20,000 nucleotides of DNA. It comes from Ancylonema sp. (taxonomy: Eukaryota). The DNA is taken from the NCBI GenBank assembly GCA_050230475.1, contig JBFLGF010000051.1:58063-78062 (forward strand), in the 5' to 3' direction. Below, in pieces: positions 1-14,469 of this stretch. The notes below the pieces were generated by a model, which had not been told where the DNA came from, searched no databases, and saw only the letters and a program-made list of their open reading frames with translations. The number at the start of each line of letters is the position of its first letter. Position 1 is the stretch's first letter. The position numbers and the translations under genes were made by a program.

Positions 1-965
1 AACGGGGGACACGGGGGAGGAAACGGGGGAAAACGGGGGGCAAGGAGGATGAACCGGTTGGCAACTGGGGGAGAAGTGGAATAATAAAATATTTGTACAA
101 GAGTTTGATGATTCAAAATACACCAAATCATGTGTTGGAATAAAACTGAAGTTCATGTCGTATATTATTATTGATGGCCAATGTTTAAAGTGACGTATTA
201 CATATGTTTCTTATCTTCATGTTTTTTGTATGTTACTACAAGTGATACAAGTGACGTATTAGTAGGAAAGTCCCATTTGACGCATTTGTTGTAAGCCTTG
301 CACGTCCTAGGTTGCGAAGATAAGTAATTGTAAGTTATGATTATGTAATATGGTATGAGGTACATAAAAATGGAAGTCAAAACTCACAACAATGATACTA
401 AATACGTGTGAGGCAAGTTACAGAATACATATTGCAAGATATGCAAGTGCAATACGGTGTTGCCAATACCACTAAATATGGCGAAATTTCATGCTTATGA
501 ATGATGATACGGTATCATTGATACCGTGATGAAGTACAAAGTGTCCTATGTTGAACTACTTGCATTTGTTGTGATAGTGCACTAAATAGTATCGCGATGT
601 ACACAACATGAACAAGTAACGAGCGCTCATGAAAAGGTAATACGGGGAGTGTAACATTCTACGTAGATGGACAATGTAATCAACTTGTCATTGCAAGTAG
701 TCAACCTCAATAACACATACATACAATTTTTGTGAGACCAACTTTGTCATTGAGGAAACGAGGATGCTCCCCCGTAGACTTCCCCCGTGTCCCCCGTAAT
801 TCCCCCGTTTCCCCCGTTCCTCCCCCGCATCCCCCGATTCCCCCGTTTTCCCAACCAGCGGCTGCGTCCCCCGTATTCCCCCGTAATTTGAGTAGAAGGG
901 GACGGTGGATCCCCCGTAAGAGGCCGGGGGACGGGGGACCCGGGGGACGGGGGAGCGCATCCCTA
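1..965. mobile_element. Non-autonomous hAT (Ac/Ds-like) DNA transposon, right-hand portion; left terminus lies upstream of the window
   Basis: Ends in CATCCCTA (958-965), whose reverse complement TAGGGATG matches the Ac/Ds-type terminal inverted repeat (TIR). Dense subterminal arrays: (A)ACGGGGG at 1-40 and the inverse CCCCCGT at ~769-915, including AAACGG/CCGTTT, the known Ac transposase-binding motif. The interior is AT-rich with no transposase ORF. The TSD cannot be checked because the left end is missing. Confidence 0.75.
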
Positions 966-974
966 ATTATATAA

Positions 975-1250
975 TACGGTTTTACCGGTGTTTTCACCGG
1001 TGCTTTTACCGTTAGGCCCTCTGGTGGCTGGCAGCTAGCAATCGGCGGTTGGCGATTGCGGCTGGCTGACGTCAAGTTTTCAGGCAAAATTTGGAAATAA
1101 CGAAGAGCGAAAGCCAGAAGGGTTTTTAATCACCGGTGCAACCGTTGTATGGAGCCAAATCGAGGCTCCTTAACGAAACTTACCGTTGCGCTGGTTTTAC
1201 CGCTGGGTTCCATATCTTCGTTTTAACGGTACCAGGTACCGTTGCGCTGT
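975..1250. promoter_or_regulatory. ACCGGT/ACCGTT-rich repetitive segment upstream of EB1 with five AACGG (MSA-like) cores; possibly a decayed MITE
   Basis: CCGTT at 1009, 1142, 1183 and 1239, AACGG at 1225. Direct repeat TACCGTTGCGCTG at 1181-1193 and 1237-1249. Lies 250-500 bp before the EB1 ATG. Regulatory function is inference. Confidence 0.35.
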
Positions 1251-1490
1251 TTGCTACTTCCTCCCCTGCAGCCACTTGTTGTCCGCGCATTACCACTGAG
1301 GCCAATATTTTCCACCTTCACCATTAGTACCAAAAATACGACCAGCAGCTTCGTTTTCACTCCAGAATAAATTGTGCTTTCCTTTCACGTCTCTTCACAT
1401 CGCATCTGCGCTAGCATTAAAAAAATTGCACCGAGAGTAGAAAGAAGCCGACAGTTATAAAATTTTGCTGAAGGTGCCTGATTTTGAGCA

Positions 1491-4400
1491 ATGGCATCCA
1501 TCGGAATGATGGACGGGGCCTACTTTGTCTCACGTTCAGACATTCTGGCATGGATAAATGAAAGCATGCAGCTCAACGTCTCTAAAGTGGAAGAGGTAAC
1601 AAAACTGGAAAACTCAATTCTGAGAGGAAATGTCTTCGTATTCAGTCAGTGACGCATCGCGTGCGTGCGTCAAATAGTCTCTGACGCGGAACTGCTGGTA
1701 GCAGTCACTGTCTTTCTCTCGGGAATGACTGCTCTTTTATATTTTTTTTTCCAGTTAGTTAAGTCGTGCCTTGGAGCTATTGAGGCTGATTGGAGGTTCC
1801 AATTCGAATTAGGAGACAAGAAGAGGCCGCAGTCATGTTTGGCTTCGACGAGTTCGGCAAGACATGAATTCAGCTAACAGTCTTGGCATCCGGCGAGTTC
1901 TTTTTTTGACGTAACATTGCATCCAACCATGGCATCTCTGGCATTCAAGCAGTATCTTACGAACAGAGAGAGTCAGTCGTCTCGGTGAATGTGACTAGTT
2001 CGATCATCCAGGATGTTCAGAAATAGTTTCGGCCAGCACAAGGATGTTGTACTGGTGTTCAAATGTCGTATACAGCACGGTGGAGCTTTAATCTCTCGCA
2101 GCTTATTTCGCTTTGATAGCTATCACTTACCTGCAGAGGTAAAATGCAACTGACATGCTGTAGTTGCTTCTCTGCCAGGCAGCATCAGGAGCTATTGCAT
2201 GCCAACTGATTGACGCAACTCATCCTGGAACCATTCAGATGCACAGAGTAAGAGCTCTACCTTCGTCCGATTTCTATGGCAGACCGACCTGCATGTTGTG
2301 TCGCGTGGTCACATTCAAGTTTTAGCATGTGAGTTGCCAACCAGCAAGTAATGATAAGGACATTTGCGAGGGCGAGCTGTGGGGACAGGGCTGTCTCACA
2401 ACCAGGTGCCGTCTCACATGATTGGGGGACAGACTTAACAATTGGGAAGCCAAGCTTGGACGCAGGTTGCTGACCGCCTAATGTCTTGCTTGAATATTTC
2501 CATGCTGCAGGTAAATTATGGCGCTACTAGTGAATATGAGATGGTTCTAAATTACAAAGTGCTGCAAGATGCCTTCGACAGGCTCCATTTGGCCAAGGTA
2601 TACTATTATATTCTGATCTGCACAAACATCACAGCATTAGTGTCTACTCTCAAACTTTCATAGAGCACACCTTGTTTCTCAACGATTCTTAATCAGCTTC
2701 ACATAAGAGAGTGCTAGCTGCTCCAGCAGCCACTGTATCCCATAGTTCTCCTACAGTGCTTCCTCAAACTGAGGTCCCTGCATCCTTGAGGTGCACTTGG
2801 TGTAGTATACTACTCCTTTGTCCTTCTTATCTGGTGGTCGAATATTTGTCTGCGGACCGACAACATTTCCCTGTCATTTCTGCAGCACATTGAAGTGAAT
2901 AAACTGGTGAAGGGTAGAGCGATGGACAACTTAGAGTTTCTGCAGTGGTTGAAGCGCTACTGCGACTCCGTGACTGGAGGCGCACCGAATTCGAGGTCGG
3001 TATTCAAAAGAAAAATGGGAATTAAACTCAGAGACAATGGAGGATGACTTCATACCCCATACTGTTCTCGGGAAATCTACAAAATTGTAAAAGCCTATAC
3101 AAGCATTGTGGAGAAGGGGCAAGGGGTTCAGGATGTTTGATGAAGGAGGCAAAGATACTGTTACGTTCTAACTATTACTAGACGAAAATGGTCTGTGACG
3201 AATAGTAAAGTATATCAGTATAATTGCGGCAGTTCTATCAAAGCTTCCGTTCCTTGTGTCTCGATCAGAGGTGTGATGCTAATAATATCCGCTGTGTTCG
3301 AGAATGCAGTTACAATCCTGCGGAAAGAAGAGAAGCGGCCAGAGGAGGAAAGGAAGTCAATCGAAGAGTTTGTGGATCAGACAAGCTCCCTTCCACCCGC
3401 TGCACTTCTCAGAGGGGAACAACTGGATCCGCAACTCAGACCAGACGAGCTGATGCTATAGCATGTGAGAAGCACTGCAGATCTGAACAAATACTATATA
3501 ATCACTTCACTCTGAATACGTATGTCAGATGATTCAAACCAGCACACGCCACATGGCTGACACAAGAAGGCTCGATTCAGGATTCAGCCACGTTGTATAA
3601 TGGGCATGATTTTATAGCATGAGATGCAATGTCAGGAGTGGTTTGTGTCCAAAATAACTAAGACGATGGTGAACAAACTGATCTTGCTCTTCAGCAAAGA
3701 AGACTGGCGCCCTGAAGCATCCTCTCAGTTCACACAACAACCAGACCCCTCTATATGAGAAGCAGGTGCAAGAGCTCTTGGAGCAGGTATGTCATTTCCC
3801 ATGAAGATCTGTGCCCAGTTCAGTCATCGTCCTCAACACGTAAATGCTGATGATATGTGCCCGATGCACCATATCCTACGAGTTGTTTGTTGTAGAATGT
3901 TTGAAAGCCCAGGTGCAAAAATGTATGCCCTGTCTGCCTTTGTCTCACTTTCAAGAAGGTGTGTCGGGCGGTGTATGAGATTGAAGACAGGCAGCTGATG
4001 ACAGCTGACAAGCACGGATGTAAGGTAGTTAGTATTTTGGCCTGGATGGCCAGTTTGGTGCACTGAGACCGGGTCACGTGTTACTTCACACGACTTTTTG
4101 CTGCGCTCCTCTGAATAGGCTTCGCTTTTTTATGACAGGTCACAGAGCTAAAGCTGTCTCTCGATGGAGTTGAGAGGGAGCGAGATTTCTACTTCAGCAA
4201 GCTCCGGGACATTGAGATTTTGTGTCAGTCAGGACCAGCAGCAGAAAGCAAGGTATGGCTGCTTCGAATCCCATGAAGTTCTCCCAGGCTACTTTTGTGC
4301 CTTGCTGAATAGTGAAGGTTCTGCGAGAGCACCTGAGGCACTTGTAGCTTCTGACAGGATGGCGTTGCGACCATTGTACTGAAATACTGGTGTAGACAAG

Positions 4401-4757
4401 CCCATACTACACACGACGGCGGTTTTTGATTCACACAAATGTAATATGCGTGAGGTTTTCACTCAGAAGCGGCATTGATTGTCCATGGCTGATGATTCAT
4501 GGCCCTTATTCTCGTGGCTTATTCTGGAGAAAGTTGACTCAGTGTTATGGATGAGCATCAATATAATATTCTTTAGATGTGACCAAGCTGATATCGGTTG
4601 TGGGATTGAGACTCTGCAGGTGGGCGTGGCCGTGAAGAAAATATTGTATGCGACAGACGACAATGAAGACGTCATGAACGACGCACAAGCCGAGATGAAT
4701 ATGGAAGCAGAGAACATGAAAGAAAACATCGGGACAGAAGTAGGAGTTGCTGCTTAA
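1491..4757 (+). CDS. EB1: Microtubule end-binding protein EB1 (RP/EB family), ~289 aa
   Basis: Exons join(1491..1595,2179..2247,2511..2597,2886..2995,3310..3464,3695..3786,4139..4252,4620..4757), all GT-AG and phase-consistent. CH domain: [23 protein letters not shown]...[12 protein letters not shown]...NYKVLQDAF...[25 protein letters not shown] domain: [23 protein letters not shown]...KKILYA. The exon 5 donor (3464/3465) is the least certain boundary. Confidence 0.97.
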
Positions 4758-5431
4758 CAATTCACCCATCACGCAATGTATCCTGATTAATCACTAGAAG
4801 TTGTGTGCAGTCACAGGGTCACCTTCCGTGGTACTAGTTGCAATAGCATCAGCTTAAGATTATTTGTAGAACAGAGATGGCGGATTCCGACTCAAACACC
4901 CTGATTCTGTGGGTCTGGGTCCCTGATTTTCGTTAGCACCTTCTACGTAGAACTCTGCACATCAGATGTTAGTATAGTCTTGTGTCACAACCGACTCTGG
5001 ACTTGTACAGGCTTAGGAAACATTAGAAATAACTGTCCATGCAAGTGACAAGTGACAAACATTTAGAATCAGAAATTTCTCCATTTAATCTGCCTTTGTA
5101 GAGGAAAAACTGACCAATTGTAATCTGACCATACAAATGCTTTACCAGAACTGCTACGTGCATATGTGCCTCAGTACGAAGGTATATCTATTCTATGTGC
5201 CATCTGCTATATTAGTCTGCAAACAATTGAATCAACGATTGATTGTCAACTCTTCTATCAACTAGAAAGGTGCTTACTAAATTTAACCAACATTTCCGCC
5301 AAGAGTATGCCTGAGGGAAAGCGAATTGATACTAAAAGAACCTTGTCTTGACTACCCTCCAGGTAGGCCAATAACATAAGCTGCAGCCTGCAGCATATAC
5401 AAACACAGCATAATTCAACCTAGACTTGCTA

Positions 5432-7876
<2,445 letters not shown>

Positions 7877-9854
7877 GTGCTTCACGCCACTCACAGTCAG
7901 TGCCTCCAACGCCTGAACGTATAAGCGATTTTATTCTGCAAGCAGAAAACGGTTGCCCAATTCGTGTTACCAGCAGCAGGAGGTTAGATTTGACATTTGC
8001 TTCATTGAGTCACTAAGGACAAGGTTCCTTCTTCCCAGTCGTCCAGTCGACCTCGTCATCACAAAAAAGGAGAGGATGCATTATTCGCAATGATAGAGGC
8101 TCCTGCTATCGGGAGGCATGGTACGACAGAGGTTGATAGGATGAAGGTAGCGCTGAAAGGCCTACTTTCAGCAACATGCCGATACTACCCACACTCTGAA
8201 GCGTGTGTGAGCATAGAGTTAAGGAGTTTGAATCTACACAAAGCTGTTTTTGTGTTCTTTCCCACCTGGCAGTGCGAAAAAACCAAAAAAACAAAAAATA
8301 TTCCTTCGCAAATTTTGTGCAGATACTGATATACGCAAGTGCCTCTACAAGCGGGCCGTAATAGTAAAAATGCAACTGAGGGTAGAATACAGTTCTGCAC
8401 GGATCCAACCGGGAACCGGCTACCGGTCGCGAAATTTGCTCTTCTCTCTGCAGTCTTTTTTTTTTTTTTTTTTGGTTAGTCAAATGATTTCTGACTCATG
8501 TAATAGCCCAACAGAATTGCGATAGTGACGCAGGAATGCAGCAGAAAGACTTGCGCCAAACTAGAGCGCCGAGGAGCGTGTTTCTGTACCCAGTTGGGAA
8601 ACTCTTGGTGATCCCGATGCGCCACTGTTCTTGTGACGGCAGAAATGCAACGGTAAGCGGGCTCCAAAATCAGATCGCCGGTAGGGGTAGTTCGCCGATC
8701 GTCGTTTTATGATACTTGCGCCAGGGCTACTGGTGGTCCACGAGTTCTTGGACGTTCAGAGCGCCAAAGTAAAGCGCCACCAGGGAGTGCGAGTTTCCAG
8801 TTGGCTTCTTATCTTTTCATGGCACTTAGCGAGCAATTATCGACGTTCCAGCCGTGAAAATGGCCGTCACGGCCGTGCGCGAAACTGCGGCATGCTGAAA
8901 CTTCTAAGCGTGAAAACCTATTGGCGCTGCCATGCATGTGTAAAGTAATGTGTAGCGTACACAGAAGCTCCACTTGGTGACGTGGTTGTGTGGTCCATTA
9001 TTTTTCATACTTTCTCAGCTTACGAATCCGTAATCCGATTGATAATGGTGGAAAATATTTACCCATTTCCTTCCCTGATGCGCTTTGCACAGTACGGGGC
9101 GCCTTGGGGTGCCCCGTGTGCTTTAACAATTATCGCCATCTAAGAGGGCACCATACGGTGTCATCTAATAGCAGGGGTAACATGTTCTGAAAATAGAAGC
9201 AGTCCAATGAATCTAGGTTCCATCATATGCATCATTGTAGTGTTCTGCTCTTTTCCAAGGTTGGATGGAGAGGACAATTTCGAAACTCTGCTATATCTGA
9301 GAACGCAGCGAGAAAAAGCTGCAGACATAATATCGCGCCGGTTGGATACCGTCGATGGACATGCTGTGAGTGGAGGTGAACGCAGAAAGATGCTCGAATG
9401 TTCTGGTGCAAATGTGGCGGACGAGAATGCACCGAAGAAAACTAATTCCATACAGGACATACACAAACAGAAGAAGATCATTGACATCGTGAGGTGACAT
9501 TCGCAACTTGTACCAAATCCCAAAATCGCGTCCGGGCTTTTTTAAGGCATAGAACAGTCATGAGTACTGATATCTGAAAAGGAGGTTGAAGCTAAATCAA
9601 TATTGTGGCCCAATGATGCGGCCACTGAACCGACTGAACCGAAATTACTCTGCATCTTTCGCTCCTCCTCTGATAGCTACAATCCAGACTTATTTGCCAG
9701 ATTATCTCTGCTGGTTTGCACATACGCCAATCAGCCAATCAGACTTCAGGGCATCAAGAGAAAACACACGAGTGGCATCTGGAATAAAGTTTCTTTGTAT
9801 AAAAAAACCTGGTTCCTTTCTTCGAGTCTGAGATGTTGAATAACCAACAAATGC

Positions 9855-12086
9855 ATGATAAAAGTAATCTCAGGTCCCATCAGTTCTGACTTACTACAAG
9901 CACCCTCCCACCTTTTTTCAAACCAGGCTCCCATGGTCAAGAGCCCGTGCAGTCCTGGACCATATTGGAGCCGCTATCAGTCAAGTTTCATGCAGCATAT
10001 TATGAGAGGACCTGTGGGCCCGTTTGCCCCGGGGGTACTGCCTTGGGCTCCCGACAAGAACAAGTTCTTGCTCATGGCCTGCAGTTTCGGACGGATGAGC
10101 GTTTCATTAGCATCAGGGGCTGAGGTTGACCAATGGAGGAGGACGCTTGCGCGAATTTCCAATTTGTATCCGAAGGGGCTGATTGGATGTGAATTCTGCG
10201 TATTACAAGGATGGGGAATGTTGACTACATCTTGGTCATTTTGTGAGACTTTGAGGGATTGTTGTCATGTCAAAGAGGAGAAGGAATGAAGTGAGTTTCC
10301 AATGACGGATGTACAACTTTGCGAAGGTGATTGCCACCTGCTTGGGTGTATCTAGGACTCATATACCTAGGTCTTACCTGATAAATGCAAGTGTTTGTGA
10401 GACTTTCACAATCCGTATTGCTCTCTCTGCAAAATGTAAAATAAAAAATGAAGGGAGAAAGTTGACAAAGATTGATAGCTATTCGATGAAAGAAGATACT
10501 ACTTTTCAAACAGCCGGGACTCTACACATGCATCTTCCCTTGTCTTTCCAATCCAAGTTTTCTTTAACTATGTCTCCATATATAACTTTATCTCCATATT
10601 CAACTACATCTCCATATTTAACTATATCTCCATATTAACTATATCTCCATATTTATCTCTATCTCCATACCCGTTTGTGCACACCCTCGCCCATGTCAAC
10701 GAGAGCAGGCAAGCAATCGCATCACGTGCTACCAGCGGAGCATGTTGTACGCCGCAATCCTAAACCGAACCCTCGTCATGTCCACCGACCCAACCACAGT
10801 GGAAGACGGATACGACCGCCGTCTCCTCTTCGACGTCGCATACGCGCGCTCGTGTTTGGGCCAAGGAACAAAAATGATTACCGCCGAATATAAGGCTCAA
10901 TACGGTCACACTTTGTCGGTAGACGAGGTGCGTTGCTGGAGTGAGCATAGCTGCAGATTTCAGCCTATCAACCAAGAAAATGTGGAAGCAGCTTGGCCCG
11001 GGGGAACCGAATTCGAGACTCACAGTGGTCAACATGAGCGCATACGTCAACTTGGACCTGTTCTTACGTCGCTATGCTAATGTAAGGTCACGCGTTCTTC
11101 TGATTGGGGAAGCTTTCACAACCCATATACCTCGCGCGTTTCCGGATATTGGAGATGGTCCGTTTGTGCGCAACCCAAGTTGCAAATCGGCCTTCTTTAT
11201 TCGCCCGCCTCAAGCGATCTATGACGCTCCGAAAACGTTTCTTGAGGAGGCCATAGACTCAACTGCGATGAATGCTTTCATAGGCGTCCATTTGAGGCGA
11301 GGAGATTTGTTGGAAGTTTGTGCCAATAGTGAGAGAGATTGCGGTCATCCGATTCCGCAGTTGGTGCAGTCGATTCTTCGGAAAGTGGAAGCCACAAACG
11401 CACGGCACGTGTTCCTCGCAACAGATGCCAATCCGTTTGAGGAAAGTGACTCTGTAGTGTTGGTAGTGGTAGGAGTGTAGATGTTTTTGTGTTTTTGTTT
11501 TTTGTTTTCGTCTAGGATTCTTAAAGTGATTTTTTTATATTGAACGTTAGGAATGCAAAGCTCTTCATCCGACCGTATCTATGAGGGCGTTTATTAGCTT
11601 GTAACTATAGAGACACTCGACTGTATAAGTTTGACTGCTCGCATTGTAGACGGATGTGGCCATTTGTTTTTTTGGAACCGGGTAGTGTTATACCAAAAAA
11701 GATTAAAATATTGATACACGCGTTTCTATCGTGTGATGTAGGTGCACCTTGCACTTTTCTCAAAAAAAAAAAGGTATAACTTTACTTTGCAGATCAACGA
11801 GGTCATTAAATACTTGCGCCAAAAAACGTCTCCGCCGGTGAGTGTACTCCATATTAATGAAAGCGACTCACAGGCAAAGTGGAGGAAGCTGCTAGAAGCA
11901 GGTGGCTTTCAGATGTCTAGTCTTGCCGGAGTCCAAATTGACAAGGCCATTTGTGCTTATTCCATGGTATTCATGGGGTCTTTGGAAACGACCTTCTCAA
12001 TTGACATTGAGCGCATGCGAATTGGTCATGAGCTAGCCCAATGTGGGGACGAGTTGATGTGTATAGGCGAAAAGAGGTGGTATTGA
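9855..12086 (+). pseudogene. O-fucosyltransferase family (O-FucT, GT-B fold) gene, apparently disabled
   Basis: Segments: ~9855-10094 (..WAPDKNKFLLMACSFGR); 10709-~11005 (ASNRITCYQRSMLYAAILNRTLV..YDRRLLFDV..SCLG); ~11005-11441 in another frame (..FIGVHLRRGD..VFLATDA); 11793-12086 (..IDKAICAYSMVFMGSLETTFSIDIERMR..*). Lesions: donor reads ATGAGC at 10095, donor reads GAAAGT at 11442, a frameshift at ~10990-11030, and an in-frame TGA at 9837-9839. The true 5' end (possibly back to ~9200) is unresolved. Family call ~0.9, pseudogene status ~0.7. Confidence 0.75.
10564..10670. repeat. ~18-bp tandem minisatellite (TCTCCATATTTAACTATA-like), ~6 copies, in an OFUT intron
   Basis: TCTCCATA recurs at 17-18 bp spacing with degenerate spacers, directly upstream of the acceptor at 10708. 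Confidence 0.9.
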
Positions 12087-12387
12087 TTGCAATGCAAGTG
12101 AGACACTCCGTGAAAGTGTCATACAAATATGAACAATAGCTCGCCCAAGCTTATTTATAATTTCAGAATTCTATGTCATTCAGAGTGCCATGTTTGGGAA
12201 TCCACTTTAGTCTGGCTCAATACGTTGTAATCCACCTCGTTGATTACGAAATTGGTTGACATATACAGAAGGAAGAATAGTACCCTCTCGCAAATGGATA
12301 TTTTTCCAAATAAGCGTGTGCGTATATGATGAGTCAGTAGAGGGGTTTGAGTCACTCCGTAATCTAGATAGTCAGCATGGTCCCACC

Positions 12388-12481
12388 CATAGTTGGTCCC
12401 TATCGGAATTTCGGAATATCGAAATCCATATCGGAATTTCCGATCCCGCGCTGATCCGGATAGGAGGCGCCGAACAACTAG
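12388..12481. mobile_element. Short MITE remnant, CATAGTTG-ended group
   Basis: Begins CATAGTTGGTCCC, carries TCGGA/TCCGA repeats (TATCGGAATTTC twice) and ends ...AACAACTAG. No TSD seen. Confidence 0.5.
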
Positions 12482-12920
12482 CCAAATTAGACGGGGGGGG
12501 GGAAGTTGATTTGCGCCCATTGTGCCGTGAGTATCAGGTCCAACAGAATTTGTGGTCCATTTTTAGGGCTGATGATCATTGACATTTAGAGTCACTTCGG
12601 CCTGTGAAGCAAGGGCTCAACACTTCTTACATCAAACACTTAGACACGGCTTGCGACACGCCATTTTGTATCACCCTCACATACACAATATTAAATACAT
12701 GTATCAGTCTTGACGGCCGCACGCCATCATTGCCGAGTTACTATTCAATGATTGATACTTTGAAAACACATTTTTTTGCAACATCTCTTCCTCATGCAGC
12801 GGTGTTGGTGCGTCTAGAGAGCTATTTCGTGATACAATGTTTTCATTTATAAGAACGATATCCCTTCACAAACATTGCATCACCAATAAACCAATGTCAG
12901 GGGTGTGAATGTGCCATCCG

Positions 12921-13825
12921 TATAGTTGCGCGAACTCCGAACCGTTTCCGAACCGGATCTTAGATGGAACCGGTTCCGACAAAAGTGGCCGCGGTTTGGA
13001 ACCAAAGGTTTTAGGGTTTTTTTTTCACTCAAACGTCATTTTGAGGGGTTGTATGGCACTGAACAAATTAAAAAATAGTTTTTTTTTTTTTTTTGTATAG
13101 CTCTTCACGCTCTATCCAAAAACAAAACCAAACAAATTGTATCCATTAAAAAAAAAAAACCTGAAGTATTTTCCGCATGAGTACACCCTTATGATTTTAG
13201 GTGAATTTGTTTGTTTTGCTCGCTTCTTTGCAAACTGTGTTTCTATTTATGTACAAGTGGTTAAGAGAAAATGGTTATATTTTTGTACGATCATCCTATG
13301 CTTACTCCGTTCCATATATCTTTCCTCATTCCCATTTCCGTATTATAATTCCATGCCCGTAATCTAATGGCACTTCACATATGCTTCAACGTTCCATGTA
13401 TTTTCTCTTTCAAATCGTGCTCTCAAAGCTATAGCACTACTTTAATTCTTATACTCTTCTCTTATACCTTCCACATCTCTTGCTTCTCCAAAGCTAGATG
13501 AGTGTGCCAGAGTTGGGTGCTGTTATAGGCCAATGAAATTGCACCACGTCCTCTTGTGGCGCGAAGGAAAGCAAATCAAAATATGCAATGGCCGCGCCAT
13601 AATTTCCCGATGTAATATTTAACAATTTTTGCGTCCGAAAGTGACGTACTTCACCGACATGAACATGTACAACGATATATTTTCCCCGTGTACATTTTTT
13701 GGGAGGAAAAAAATGTTATACCGCGGGAAGGAGGAAAACCCTAAAAATCACCCGGTTTGTCCGGTTCCGAAACGGTACCATCTTGGAACCGGTTCCCAGA
13801 AAAAAAAATAAAGGCGGTTTGGCCA
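12921..13825. mobile_element. Degenerate non-autonomous DNA transposon with GGAACCGGTTCC subterminal motifs
   Basis: Begins TATAGTTGCG, a variant of the CATAGTTGCG terminus at 15626. GAACCG/CGGTTC clusters lie at 12930-13005 and 13750-13825, each containing the palindrome GGAACCGGTTCC (12966-12977, 13785-13796). AT-rich interior. Right TIR and TSD not found. Confidence 0.55.
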
Positions 13826-14138
13826 TCCGAGATGATTAATCGGAAGACATGGTTAGTACATGGTTTAGATAATATTAAGTTCATATGTCTAACATGTAGG
13901 TGCAACACATATCGCTCGAAGTGTAACACGCTCGAAGTGCTTATATGGCTTGCTATCGATGAATGAAAGAAATAGGGAGGCAATAGTCTTGTTGCAAACA
14001 TGTTCAAGATAAAATTATAATACTTTATCTACAAAAACCTAGGTGATCAAATTGTCATAGGTGAGCTATGGAATAAGCAGGTAGATGCAAAATCGGTTCC
14101 AAGTTTGCATCCCGAATTCCTTGTTCCAAAGGCGTTCA

Positions 14139-14431
14139 AATTTACACTCACACAACCACCTTCAGAAAATCAAGGGTTCTGCGAATTTTCATAGTTGCTT
14201 CGATGTGGCACACTTCAAGATTGGGAACCACCGACCTCGAATCTCAAACCTCAAAACCGAGATTCGGACCCACATGAAACCGTTGGTGAGGAAGTCGAAT
14301 GATTGAGTCGGTAGTATTAAATTCACGATTATAAACATTGACTTTGGAAAATTAAATAACCGTGTTTATCTTGAATAATTTTCACTTCTTACATGAGAGA
14401 TAAGTGTTGCAAATCCCGCGGCAAATCCTCT

Positions 14432-14466
<35 letters not shown>
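14139..14466 (+). mobile_element. Poly(A)-tailed retroposed insertion (SINE-like or 5'-truncated LINE), ~330 bp
   Basis: A34 tract at 14433-14466. Direct repeat AAAGGCGTTCA at 14128-14138 and 14464-14474, consistent with a TSD from target-primed reverse transcription. Confidence 0.6.

Positions 14467-14469
<3 letters not shown>

Noticed and set aside
688..1087. Pro/Gly/Arg-rich ORFs
   Set aside because: Translations of GC-rich transposon subterminal repeats, with no recognisable domain.
8990..9840. Upstream coding exons of the OFUT gene
   Set aside because: ORFs 9207-9497 and 9603-9839 share the frame of 9855 but are separated by stops. I could not build a phase-consistent model or recognise homology.
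10564..10670. CRISPR-like array
   Set aside because: Units are ~18-bp degenerate tandem repeats without unique spacers, in a eukaryotic intron with no cas genes.
10095..10708. U12-type AT-AC intron
   Set aside because: The donor lacks the ATATCCTT consensus and the acceptor is AG.
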